In this document: positions 39,914 to 50,263 of the stretch, in pieces
Layout: each line of letters starts with the position of its first letter
How positions within the stretch are numbered: position 1 is the first letter of the stretch
Assembly: GCA_965237905.1 (NCBI GenBank)
Contig: OZ250172.1
Span: 1,504,001 to 1,568,000, forward strand
Source: Nitrospinaceae bacterium
GTDB taxonomy: Bacteria; Nitrospinota; Nitrospinia; Nitrospinales; Nitrospinaceae
Reading direction: 5' to 3'
DNA length: 64,000 bases
Notes under the pieces: model-generated
Told to the model about the DNA's origin: nothing
The model's database searches: none
The model's input: only the letters and a program-made list of their open reading frames with translations
Position numbers and translations under genes: made by a program

Positions 39914-41355
39914 ACTCCCAACCGGTAAAAAATGGTCTCTTCCAGATAATCCAGATTGGGTTGAACCATCTGCAGGGCCAGGCGCAAATCATGGATGGTT
40001 TTGAGATCAGGCGGCTCGGGGCGGTCCGATAGATGATTCAATCCCTCCAGACAAAAACCATCCAGGTCCGCCATGTGTTCCAGAACCTCCTCGGGCAAAT
40101 CTTCCAGACACACTTCCTGGGCTTCGATATACCTCAGCATCTCAATCAGGCGTAACTTCATATAAACGATCTTATTGCGCAACTGGGCAACCAGCCGGGA
40201 TTCCGGACCTTTCAACTCATCACAGATGAGGTTCAACAGCTTGCGCAACATCCGGTAGAAGGCCTGGTGTTGTTTCTCGTCGTAAAAACAGTCCTTTTGA
40301 GCCCCAAATAAAAGGTCAAACACCGCTTCCAGGTCGAATTCTTCCGTTCCCATCATGGAATAAAGAATAGCCTTGAATTCCTTTTCAGAGAACGCCAGCC
40401 CCATATCCTCAAAAATTTCCTGAAGCGATCCGGTGCGTCCCTGCGGAGTGTGATGCACGCTTTCCAGAGCGTAGGGTTTAATCGGAGAGTCCCCATCCAA
40501 CGCAAGATAAACGCCGGCATCCTCATTGCGCATCACGGTAACTTTTTGCATCGACTCCACGAAACCGGTCAACGAAAACGCGGGAACCTGAAGCAATCCG
40601 GCATCCAGATTGAACAGCCCTCGCAACATCTGTTTCTCTAAAGATAAAGCAGAGTCCGCTACACCGCCCAACCCTTTCATCAACTCGTCTTCAAGCGCGA
40701 CATGCAGGGATCGGGTTCGCAACCGGTTCGCGCTCCACATGGAAGCCGGGTACGCCTCAATGGAATAAATCCCCTGATAATAGTCGACCAACCGCACCTT
40801 CAGCCGGTCTTCCGGATGAAATTCCAACTGGGCCAGCAAATCCCGGATATCCCAGACGGTCAGGTTTAAAGTGCTTTTCCCGGGCATCCATTGGTTGACT
40901 TTGATCTGATAGGGAAAATGCTTTTCATGAGAGTACTGGTAATGATTGATGACCTCTTCAATGAAAAAGGATTGCTTCTTTTTGGGAATTTCGCGGCCGT
41001 GTGGATCCAAAAAGGTCAGTTCGTCCTCTTCCAGATCCGGAGAAATAAAGGGAACCAGGTGGTGGCCGGGAATCAACCGCTGGTGTTGCAATTCCGCCTT
41101 CCCCAATTGGATTTCCAAGGGGATATGACCGATACGATCCAGCACCGCTTGATACGGTATGAAACTTTCACCGCTTACTTCGATCACGTGGGAATGGTTC
41201 GTCAAAGTTTGTTTCAGATGGTCCAGCGTCGCAGGCGCAATACGGCGGCGCCAATGTTTTTGAATCGTTTCGATATACTCATCCACCGAAAACGGTTCAC
41301 GGGATTCACGAATCAGGTTTTCAGCCAGTGTTTGGAGTGTCCGTTTATGAGGCAT
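39907..41355 (-). CDS. Hypothetical cytoplasmic protein (482 aa)
   Basis: Long ORF with protein-like composition; start chosen at MPHKR; no family recognised. Confidence 0.75.
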   Translation of the reverse strand: MPHKRTLQTLAENLIRESREPFSVDEYIETIQKHWRRRIAPATLDHLKQTLTNHSHVIEVSGESFIPYQAVLDRIGHIPLEIQLGKAELQHQRLIPGHHLVPFISPDLEEDELTFLDPHGREIPKKKQSFFIEEVINHYQYSHEKHFPYQIKVNQWMPGKSTLNLTVWDIRDLLAQLEFHPEDRLKVRLVDYYQGIYSIEAYPASMWSANRLRTRSLHVALEDELMKGLGGVADSALSLEKQMLRGLFNLDAGLLQVPAFSLTGFVESMQKVTVMRNEDAGVYLALDGDSPIKPYALESVHHTPQGRTGSLQEIFEDMGLAFSEKEFKAILYSMMGTEEFDLEAVFDLLFGAQKDCFYDEKQHQAFYRMLRKLLNLICDELKGPESRLVAQLRNKIVYMKLRLIEMLRYIEAQEVCLEDLPEEVLEHMADLDGFCLEGLNHLSDRPEPPDLKTIHDLRLALQMVQPNLDYLEETIFYRLGVY

Positions 41356-41636
41356 GGAAGCAATCAACTCGGGTAAGATTAAAAGAGGTAGAAACTGAAA
41401 ATATCGGGAACCGGTGTTCCCTCTGCCAGGTAGGTTTAACGGTGCGCCTGGAATCAGGCGTCGAGCTCTATCTGTCGGAATCTTAACATAAACCGGCGGG
41501 GGCGCAAACCCTTTATTCACCCTTTGTAAAATATCCTTTTGAAGTTCGAAAGGGACTTGATTTTATCCCGGCAACTCAGTAGATTGAGGGATAAAAATCA
41601 CCTCAAAAATTCCATCGTTTTGATAAGGAGTTTGCA

Positions 41637-41912
41637 ATGGATAATCAAGATAATCAGAATCATCAACATAATATTGAAATCAGCTATCGTAAAGTCTTCG
41701 GCCGCTTGAACACCCGCAAAAAATTCGCTATCCAATCGATTGAGGGGACGACTGTCACCGTCGAGCAGGATGAAGAAATCTGCGGACAAAAAGAACCACG
41801 ACTGTTTGTGTTTAACAGCGAAAAAGAACTGGAAACATTTGTCACGCAGGAAAATCAGTTTGAACGGGATATCAATTCGCAGTTGTCCGGCAACAGTATG
41901 CCTTATCGTTGA
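41637..41912 (+). CDS. Small hypothetical protein
   Basis: RBS TAAGGAG, 91-aa ORF, upstream TTGATT-17-TAGATT promoter-like sequence. Confidence 0.72.
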   Translation: MDNQDNQNHQHNIEISYRKVFGRLNTRKKFAIQSIEGTTVTVEQDEEICGQKEPRLFVFNSEKELETFVTQENQFERDINSQLSGNSMPYR

Positions 41913-41965
41913 TCCCTCTGATAATTGCGCACGGGACTCATCGCTTGCCATTAACTGTCAGTAAG

Positions 41966-42083
41966 TTTCCCCCTCCGGGCAGGAGGCGGCGAACCGCCGC
42001 AGGTAATTAAAAACTTCGAATTGTGCTCAACGATTTACATATGCAGTCAACCGTCAACCCGTTCCCCCTCCGGGTAGGAGGCG
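41966..42083 (+). repeat. Repeat family B (TTCCCYCTCCGGGYAGGAGGCG), two copies at 41966-41988 and 42062-42083
   Basis: Third copy at 25961-25983; internal hairpin CCTCC-n5-GGAGG. Confidence 0.7.
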
Positions 42084-43340
42084 CTAGAGGGCGAATTTTT
42101 TGAGGACCAGGGCCGAGTTCTTGGACCCGAATGAAATGCAGTTGCTGATCGCCACCTGAACGGCCTGTTCCCGGCTTTCGTTGGCAATGTAATCCATATC
42201 GCAGTCCGGATCTGGGTTCTCCATATTAATGGTCGGCGACAACACCCCGTCCCGCAAAGAAAGCGCCGTAACCACCGCTCCCAGCGACCCCGAAGCGCCC
42301 TGGGGATGCCCCACCATGGATTTGGTGGAGCTGACGGGCACCTTCATCGCATAGCCATTCAATGCCCCTTTCACCGCCAGCGTCTCGATCTTGTCGTTGA
42401 TCACGGTCGATGTCCCGTGGAAATTGATGTACTGCACCTCCTCCTCGTTAATGCGCGCGTCCTTCATGGCCAGTTGCAGTGCGCGGGTGGATTGCCGGCC
42501 ATCCGGCATGATAGCCACCCGGTGATAGGCGTCGCAGGTGGTGCCGTAACCAATGACCTCCGCATAGATCGGGGCGTTACGCTTTTGAGCGTGCTCCAGT
42601 TCCTCCATCACCAACATCCAACTACCCTCGGACAGCACAAAACCTTCCCGGTCATGATTGAAAGGGCGCGAGCCACGCGTGGGTTCTTCATTGAAATGCA
42701 CCGGATTGGCCCGCATGCGTTGAAACCCCGTCATCATGGCCGGGGTCACGCAGGACTCCACCCCGCCGGTCAACATCCAATCCTCCTGCCCGAAACGAAT
42801 GGCGTTGAAGGCATATCCCATCGCATCGGTCGAACTGGTGCATCCATTGGAAATCACATGACTGCGGCCCTGAAGGCCGAAGAATATGGATATCTCACTG
42901 GACAACATTCCCACCAGAGCGTTGGAAATGGCATAGGGGCTGATTTTGTGAATATCCTGAGCAAAATAATGAGCGAACTGCTTTTCCGAAAAGTCGAAAC
43001 CCGAACCGCCGGTCCCTACCAGCACACCCAGGCTTTCGAAATCCTCCTCGTCGAACTCATCGAGATCGATTCCGGCATCCTCCAAAGCCTCCTTGGCGGC
43101 CGCCACACCCAGAGGCACCGTCCGTGGAAGCTTGTTCAAATCGGCTTTCGAGTAGTAGGCACCCGGGTCAAAATCCTGCACTTGTCCCGCGATCTGGCAG
43201 TCCAGTCCCGAAGGATCAAAACTGCTGATGCGGCGGATGCCGCTGACCCCGTTACAGGTGTTTTCCCAGAATTGCTGTTTGCCGGTGCCGTTGGGACTCA
43301 TCACTCCCAACCCGGTAAAAACGACTCGCCTTGACATCAT
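42084..43340 (-). CDS. Beta-ketoacyl-ACP synthase (FabF/KAS II-like paralogue)
   Basis: Cys-His-His triad NGCTSS / FHGTST / KSMVGHPQG; SRPF..REGFVLSEG; SFG. Confidence 0.9.
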   Translation of the reverse strand: MMSRRVVFTGLGVMSPNGTGKQQFWENTCNGVSGIRRISSFDPSGLDCQIAGQVQDFDPGAYYSKADLNKLPRTVPLGVAAAKEALEDAGIDLDEFDEEDFESLGVLVGTGGSGFDFSEKQFAHYFAQDIHKISPYAISNALVGMLSSEISIFFGLQGRSHVISNGCTSSTDAMGYAFNAIRFGQEDWMLTGGVESCVTPAMMTGFQRMRANPVHFNEEPTRGSRPFNHDREGFVLSEGSWMLVMEELEHAQKRNAPIYAEVIGYGTTCDAYHRVAIMPDGRQSTRALQLAMKDARINEEEVQYINFHGTSTVINDKIETLAVKGALNGYAMKVPVSSTKSMVGHPQGASGSLGAVVTALSLRDGVLSPTINMENPDPDCDMDYIANESREQAVQVAISNCISFGSKNSALVLKKFAL

Positions 43341-43547
43341 CGATTTCCCCTAAAAATCCTTTTCTATTACTATTTTATAGATTTTATCACACCGCTTTTA
43401 TAGCGGACACACCAAAATCTAATGGACTAATTGTAGCCTGGAAAGGCTCCATTAGAGCACTTGGTAACAATTTGAAAAATACCGGATTGATGCTAACCTA
43501 TTCCGATTGAATACTGGTTACACACTTCTTCCTGGAGTTATCCGCAC

Positions 43548-44642
43548 TTGAAAAAACCGGCTACCATTCCCGAAATGACCGGCCAAATGTTGATGGCCGG
43601 ATTCGAAAGCACCACGCTGACCCCGGAAACCGAGGACTTGATCCGCAACCGCCATGTCGGCGGGTTGATTCTGTTCAGCCGCAACTATGAGAACCCGAAG
43701 CAGTTGCACAGCCTTATCCGGAGTCTTCAAGAAGTAGCGGCCTCCACCTCCACCGGGTTGCCGCTATTCATTTCGGTCGACCAGGAAGGTGGGCGCGTGG
43801 CCCGGTTGACGGAGCCCTTCACCCAATACCCGCCGCTGTGTTGCCTGGGCCATGCGCAATCGGAGTCCCTGGCTTACCGGTTCGGCCAATCGCTGGCGGC
43901 TGAACTGGTGGATGTGGGGATCAATATGGATTACGCTCCCGTACTGGATGTTCATACCAATCCGGAAAATCCCATCATCGGCGATCGCGCCATTGCTTCC
44001 GACCCGGATACGGTAGCAAAGCTGGCCAACTCGTTTATCAAGGGGTTTAAGGATAAAGGCATGATCCCCGTGGGCAAGCATTTTCCCGGTCATGGTGATA
44101 CCCAAGTGGATTCGCATCTGGATCTGCCCACGGTCACAAGAGATGCCGCCACTCTGGAAGCGGTGGAACTGGTCCCTTTCCGGGAAACCATCGCCCAGGG
44201 TCTGGAGGTGATCATGACCGCGCATGTGATCTATACCGCCTGGGATAAAAAGAATACCGCCACTTTTTCCAAAACGATTCTACAGGATATTTTGAGGCAG
44301 AAATTGGGATTCCAGGGGGTGATCATGTCCGACGATCTGGAAATGAAGGCCGTAGAAAATTATTTTCCCTTCGACGCGTTTCCCCGCATGGGCATCGAAG
44401 CGGGGTTGGATATGTTTTTAATCTGCAATAACGTGGAAAAAGTCAGGGTTTTGCACGACCAGTTGATTCAAGATGTGAATAATGGAACCATTCCCACTGC
44501 CCCGATTCAACAATCGGTGGAGCGGATTCTCCGTTTAAAAAAGAACCTTATCCCCCCTCCCATCAACCCACCTGATCCGGCACACTGGCAGGAAACCCAT
44601 ACTCCCCTCGCCAGCGAACTCCAGTCTCATCTGCCGGATTGA
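43548..44642 (+). CDS. nagZ: Beta-N-acetylhexosaminidase (GH3)
   Basis: GGLILFSRN, VDQEGGRVARL, KHFPGHGDTQVDSH, SDDLEM. Confidence 0.94.
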   Translation: MKKPATIPEMTGQMLMAGFESTTLTPETEDLIRNRHVGGLILFSRNYENPKQLHSLIRSLQEVAASTSTGLPLFISVDQEGGRVARLTEPFTQYPPLCCLGHAQSESLAYRFGQSLAAELVDVGINMDYAPVLDVHTNPENPIIGDRAIASDPDTVAKLANSFIKGFKDKGMIPVGKHFPGHGDTQVDSHLDLPTVTRDAATLEAVELVPFRETIAQGLEVIMTAHVIYTAWDKKNTATFSKTILQDILRQKLGFQGVIMSDDLEMKAVENYFPFDAFPRMGIEAGLDMFLICNNVEKVRVLHDQLIQDVNNGTIPTAPIQQSVERILRLKKNLIPPPINPPDPAHWQETHTPLASELQSHLPD

Positions 44643-45094
44643 CCCAAACTGAAAATACAGAAGCCGCCGCACGTGGAGAACCCGACCCCAAAAAAAACTT
44701 TTTTTATCCCCCCCGGAAAACTATTTCCCCGCTAACCCAGATTCGATGAACCCAAAAAAATAAGAGTATTCAGTCGTAGCTATAGTCATAAATTTCAACC
44801 GAGCCCCCATTAAAAACTTTGAGTTCCCTCTCCCAGGATAGAATCGCCTAACCCGCCGTTTATTATGGAAATTAGCATAATTGAACCCCTGATCGTTCAG
44901 CAAGGATTTAAGTTGAAGGAAAGAAGAGCACACAAAAGAATAGAAAATACACCCTAAAATAAGTATTCGAAGAGACGATTTTTTTTCACCTGATAATTTC
45001 GGAAAACCGATTTTATAATTGCGTTTATTAGGGGACAGCGAACTTCCTGTGGGCTTAAGCCCTTTTTATTTCAGAGGTTTGGAGGACTTTTAAG

Positions 45095-45123
45095 TTGACA
45101 GGGAAATTTAAAAAAACTACAGT
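45095..45123 (+). promoter_or_regulatory. Sigma70 promoter upstream of the XRE regulator
   Basis: TTGACA-17-TACAGT. Confidence 0.7.
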
Positions 45124-45285
45124 GTGGCTCTCTTTAAAGGTCAAGAGTCGACTCATTGACCTAGCATTTCTGAAACCAGTCCTGGGAGGGCAACCGGTTC
45201 AAAATGCTTTGATTAAGAAGTACCCCAAATTCACCCTCTTCAGGGTAAAATACGACTTTTGAATCTTTTATTGGCGGACCGAACG

Positions 45286-45708
45286 ATGCAAGACAAAAAA
45301 GGAGGGGCAGCGAAAAACCTGGGGACCCGTCTCCGGCAATGGCGAAAAACCATGCCGCTCAAATCGTTTGAACTGGCCAAGCTGATTAAAATCTCCCAGG
45401 GCTCTTTATCTGACATCGAAAACAACAAATCCCTGCCCTCAGCTGATACCATCGCCAAACTGTATCTCTACACCGACTTGAATATCATCTGGTTGTTGCT
45501 GGGCAAAGGCCCAATGACCCGCGACCGTTCAGCGGCATCTGATCTGGATGAAGGAACGCTGGTTCTGGAAACCATACAGGATTATGGAGAAGACCCAAAA
45601 TTGGGGGAAGTGGTCGAGAAAGCCGTGCGCATTTACCGCCGCGGCAATCAGGAAAAAAGAGCTCACTTGATTGGTTTTCTCAACGGTGCCGACCCGGGAG
45701 AGAATTAG
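45286..45708 (+). CDS. XRE-family HTH transcriptional regulator
   Basis: LGTRLRQWRK..ELAKLIKISQGSLSDIENNKSLPS..NIIWLLLGKGPM; no S24 peptidase domain. Confidence 0.88.
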   Translation: MQDKKGGAAKNLGTRLRQWRKTMPLKSFELAKLIKISQGSLSDIENNKSLPSADTIAKLYLYTDLNIIWLLLGKGPMTRDRSAASDLDEGTLVLETIQDYGEDPKLGEVVEKAVRIYRRGNQEKRAHLIGFLNGADPGEN

Positions 45709-45740
45709 CCCGTTCTGCTATTGACCCCTCGCCTCGCCTA

Positions 45741-47884
45741 TCACAGCTTTTGAATTTCGAGACCCACTTCAAATATCCGGCTTTGGCCCGGCTCTAACGC
45801 TACCCTCCAACAGCCCGCAATACAGGAACCCTGATAAACGCTCTCGAATCCTTCTTCGGATTGCGATACTGTTTCTACCGGAAACCGCCACAACTCGACG
45901 GTGGGGCTGTATTTCAGTTGCAATTCAAACCCGAAAAACTCATCCCTTAGTCCCAGGGTTTGAATATCGGGCAACACGCCTTCACTCGCCATTCTTGAAT
46001 CTTCCAGCCCGCCTTCGGGTAACATATAGGTCCGATCCGCCGCATCCCCTGCCAGCAAAGTGAAGTTATGCTCTACGACCCACACGAAGTCCAAAGGCTT
46101 TTCCCCTTTATTATGAAGACGATAGCTCACCTCCAAAACGGCGTTTTGGGGATCAGACCTATAGGTCTTTACAACGTCAAGCTTGATATGCCCATTTCCG
46201 GAGCTTTCTCGTTTCAGCCGCAACACAAAAGGCACTTGCGGGTCAACAGGATCGTCCCCGCGCTCCCACTGATAAGGCTGGCCCGCAAAGGACAACAGCG
46301 CTTTATGATGGTTGTTCTTGAATTGCTCCAATGAGGTGCTTGAAGCTAAACAGTGGTCCATGAAGGAATACCGGTCCCGTTGATCATAGATCAATTTTTC
46401 CTGCAACCCCTCCTTCTTGAACCGCACCCGGTCGTGGATGGAGTGAGGTTGATCCCCTCCGGATTTACCTTTTTCCCGGGCTTTGAGAATATCCTGATGG
46501 TACACCTCGGGCCGGCGGCGCAGAACGTTGCTCACATTGAAACAGGCCGGGCGGTAATCCAGCTCCATCAACGCCCCGCCTCGCGCGGGTGCAATGAAGG
46601 CGCTCATTTTGGGGTTGCTGACAATCACTTCTTCAAATCCATCTTGATTGAAGTCGACCGTTTCCACACTCAATCCCCGGTCCGTGCCCAACAGTAAATC
46701 ATCGGCGCTGTTTTCCGCCGCGATGATTTGAGCGTACAAGGCATGCCTGAGGTAATTCAGATACAACCCGCCGAACAGTCCGTGCCAATAGGCGCAATTG
46801 CACTGGCTCCGGTACAGGGCGCGCAGAGCGCCGCTCGTCTCCTGATGTCCAGGGGGCAACTGTTTCACCTTTCTCCCGGCATACAGCATGCGCTTGTGCA
46901 GGTGGTTGCTCTCTTCATACTTGGTTAAAAAGTTATCCCACTCCCCGCCACGCAAAAATTCCTGGACACGCGCCTCATCGACTTCTGCGGCCTTCAACTC
47001 TTCCTTAAGTTCCCGGAAACGTAATCCCGCCTCGTAAGGCAGGGACCACTCCATCATCTCCTCATACGAGGCCACGGGCAGATGCACCCGGCCCGCAGGC
47101 GGATGCCCATCCAGATATTCACCGAAGGTTACCGTCTCCAGCCAATCCGATTGCTCCTCCAACGCCTTAAAAAGATTGTGAAGATACTTTTCCTTATAGA
47201 CCCATTGATGCGTCTCCGGCCAACCGCCGAACTTTTCGCCGTCATCCGCATACGTCACCGCGTCAAACCCCCACTCTTTCCGATAGCGGCGCAAATGCTC
47301 GACGGTCACCTCGGGCAGATCAAACGGAATGGAATAGCGCAGGGTCTTGCTGATGGGAAATACACCTACCGAAAATCCTTCGGTCTCCGTCAGATAGTAC
47401 CCGTGCATCTGCCGCTCCTCCAGTCCGCATAATAGAAATGCGTGTCGTCGACAATGGTGTAACGGATGCCCGCCTGCGCGATGATTTTCGGCAGATGGGG
47501 CGACCAGATCCGCTCCGTCAACCAGAGCCCCTGCGGCCGGCAACCAAACTCGGCCTCCAGAAAGTCGTTCATCATGCGAATCTGGCCGATGGCATCCTCT
47601 TCCGGCAGGCTGGACAAAATGGGTTCGTAAAACCCGCCGCTGAGAAGTTCCAACTGGCCACCTTGTACCAAGCCGCGGATGACGTCCAGATATTCAGGTC
47701 GATGCGCTTGCAACCATTCCAGCAGGCATCCGCTAAAATGGGCGGTGGTTTTCAGTTGGGGAAATTGTTGCAGAACTTCAAAGTATGGCCGGTAGCATTG
47801 ACTATACACTTCTTCAAAAACGTGGTCGAAGTTGCCCAGGGGCTGGTGGTTGTGGACGCCGAAGAGAAACTTTAACTTTTCCAT
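45741..47884 (-). pseudogene. GH57 alpha-amylase/4-alpha-glucanotransferase, split by a 1-nt frameshift near 47425 (pseudogene or sequencing error)
   Basis: N-part HNHQP, GGFYEPIL, WLTERIW, DDTHF; C-part LRYSIPF, DDGEKFG, SYEEMMEW, QCNCAYWHGLFGGLY; one extra G joins the two frames. Confidence 0.85.
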
Positions 47885-47929
47885 AACGCCTCAGCGGCTG
47901 GTGGTACAGAGGAATAAATATCAGAAGAA

Positions 47930-49678
47930 CTACCCTTCGTTTTCCACCGGGACGGGGTCTTCGAATGCGCGCAGGGTATAGAGCTTGTAGTATAAACCTT
48001 CGTTGGCCATCAATTCCTTGTGGTTTCCCGTTTCCACCACCCGGCCCTGATCGAGAACGATGATCCGGTCGGCATTATGAACCGTGCTCAACCGGTGCGC
48101 GATGATGAGCGTGGTGCGGCCCTGCATCAGGTTTTCCAGCGCGTCCTGAATCAGCATTTCCGACTGATTATCGAGGGACGAAGTGGCTTCGTCCAGGATC
48201 AGAATTTTCGGATTCTTCAACAGCGCGCGGGCGATGGCGATCCTCTGCCGCTCACCGCCGGACAGCTTGACGCCCTTCTCGCCCACCACGGTATCGTAGC
48301 CCTGATCCAGGTTCTTGATAAAATCGTACGCATTGGCGAAACGCGCGGCCTGGTCCAGTTCTTCATCGGTCGCGTCCAGTTTGCCGTACAAAATGTTTTC
48401 GCGGATCGTGCCGCCGAACAACAGCGTTTCCTGCGGCACCAGCGCCACATGATTCAAAAACGTTTTGAGCTCGGTTTCGCGAATGTCATGGCCATCGACC
48501 CGAATGGTTCCCGCATCCACATCGAAAAACCGGTGCACCAGTTGAATGACAGTGGATTTGCCCGCGCCGCTGGGACCCACCAGCGCCACCTGCTCTCCCG
48601 GACGTACTTGCAGGGACACGTCTTTCAATACCGGGATATCTTTATTGTATCCAAAAGAGACATGGTCGAATTCGATTCCACCTTGAACCTTGTCGAACGC
48701 CACCGGATTTTCCGGGTCCACAATCAACGGCCGGGTTTCCAGTATTTCGTAGACTCGGCGGATGGCTCCCAACGCTTCCTGGATTTGCGTGTACAGGCGC
48801 ACAAAGGTTCCGATCGGCCCCGCGATGATAATCGCATACAGAAAAAATGCCGCGAGTTCTCCCGGCGTGGTGGTCCCGGTCATGACCTGCCGTCCGCCGT
48901 ACCATATCAACAACGCGGAAACCAGAAACGTCAGGAACAAAACAAACGGACCGAAGAAAGCAGAGACCTTTACTTTTTTTACTTCGGCATCGAATGCGCT
49001 TTCGATCCCTTCTTCAAACCGTTTCTTTTCGTAGTCTTCCCGATTGTAGGATTTGACCACTTTGATGGATGAGATCACTTCCTCCAACACGACCATCGTG
49101 CGGGCCAACTGGTCCTGCACCTGTCCCGCCAGATTACGCAGGCGTTTGCCGAAAATGCGGGCGAATAGCATCAACGGCGGCAGTACGATCAGAATCAAGC
49201 CCGACAGTTTCCAGTTCAGATAAAAAACGATGGCCAACCCGCCGACCAGTGTAATGGTTTGACGCAGAACCGCCACGGGAATGGACACCAACGCTTTTTG
49301 AATCACCGAGATGTCGTTACTCATTCGGGAGATGATTTCCCCCACCCGACGCGCCTGGAAAAATCGCAGGGACAAACTTTGGATGTGATTGAACAGATCC
49401 ATCCGGAAATCGGCAGTCATGCGGTTGCCGACAAATCCCAGAATATAATTCTGAGTAATGCCGAACACCATCTGAAACGCGATCACCGCCATGATGTCCA
49501 GAGTCAGATTGTTGAGCGCCACCGCGTTCTTCTCCACCACCACGACGTTGATGATGTTGCGCACAAGGAGAGGCAGATACAACGTGATCACCGAGGTCAC
49601 CATCAGGCACAGAAAAGCGAACACGATGCCCTTGCTATACGGCTTGGCGTAGCGCAGTATTTTGGAAAAATCTTTCAT
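47930..49678 (-). CDS. ABC exporter, fused TMD + ATPase (MsbA-like)
   Basis: Six-TM domain, GPSGAGKS, LSGGERQR, ILDEATS, IAHRLST. Confidence 0.93.
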   Translation of the reverse strand: MKDFSKILRYAKPYSKGIVFAFLCLMVTSVITLYLPLLVRNIINVVVVEKNAVALNNLTLDIMAVIAFQMVFGITQNYILGFVGNRMTADFRMDLFNHIQSLSLRFFQARRVGEIISRMSNDISVIQKALVSIPVAVLRQTITLVGGLAIVFYLNWKLSGLILIVLPPLMLFARIFGKRLRNLAGQVQDQLARTMVVLEEVISSIKVVKSYNREDYEKKRFEEGIESAFDAEVKKVKVSAFFGPFVLFLTFLVSALLIWYGGRQVMTGTTTPGELAAFFLYAIIIAGPIGTFVRLYTQIQEALGAIRRVYEILETRPLIVDPENPVAFDKVQGGIEFDHVSFGYNKDIPVLKDVSLQVRPGEQVALVGPSGAGKSTVIQLVHRFFDVDAGTIRVDGHDIRETELKTFLNHVALVPQETLLFGGTIRENILYGKLDATDEELDQAARFANAYDFIKNLDQGYDTVVGEKGVKLSGGERQRIAIARALLKNPKILILDEATSSLDNQSEMLIQDALENLMQGRTTLIIAHRLSTVHNADRIIVLDQGRVVETGNHKELMANEGLYYKLYTLRAFEDPVPVENEG

Positions 49679-49702
49679 ATAAGAACCATTGTGGACGAAG
49701 CT

Positions 49703-50263
49703 CTATGCGGCGATCGATTCCATAAACCGGTCGCGGATTTCCTCGGGAGTATGTGTCACCCGGCCCTGGGAAGCATCAAACGCCGGCTCTACCTTGATGA
49801 GCAGGAAAACCGGCCCCTCGGCCTGATACAACTTTTCATAGGCGGGCTGGATCTCCTCCGGGCGGGTCACCCGCACCGCCTGCTTGTAGCCGACGCTTTT
49901 AGCCACCTCTTCCAAACGGATTTCATGCGACAGGGTGCGCTGACTTCCAGTCGATTCGTACACTTCGTTATCGATTACGATATGGATCAGGTTTTTTGGT
50001 GCGCAGGCGGTGATCATCGCCAGAGTGCCCATCGCCATCAGCACATTGCCGTCGCCGTCCAGGATCAACGTTTTCCGTTCCGGTTGCGCCAGCGCCACGC
50101 CGAGCCCGATGGACGACGCGAGGCCCATCGACCCGATCATGTAAAAATTTTCCTTGCGGTCTGTCACGTTGAAGAACTCGCGGCTGATGTAGCCATTCGC
50201 CAGCACCGTCGGTTCGTTCTTCAATAGCGGCGCCAACTTATGAAACGCTTCAATGCCTTTCAT
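49703..50263 (-). CDS. comE: ThDP-dependent sulfopyruvate/phosphonopyruvate decarboxylase, beta subunit-like
   Basis: NFYMIGSMGLASSIGLG, DGDGNVLM, DNEVYESTGSQ. Confidence 0.7.
   Translation of the reverse strand: MKGIEAFHKLAPLLKNEPTVLANGYISREFFNVTDRKENFYMIGSMGLASSIGLGVALAQPERKTLILDGDGNVLMAMGTLAMITACAPKNLIHIVIDNEVYESTGSQRTLSHEIRLEEVAKSVGYKQAVRVTRPEEIQPAYEKLYQAEGPVFLLIKVEPAFDASQGRVTHTPEEIRDRFMESIAA

Noticed and set aside
44721..44933. 70-aa minus-strand ORF divergent from the XRE gene (cro-like?)
   Set aside because: No HTH signature or clear RBS; the sequence looks like translated intergenic DNA
45286..45708. Prophage repressor marking a prophage
   Set aside because: No integrase, structural or replication genes; flanks are host metabolic genes
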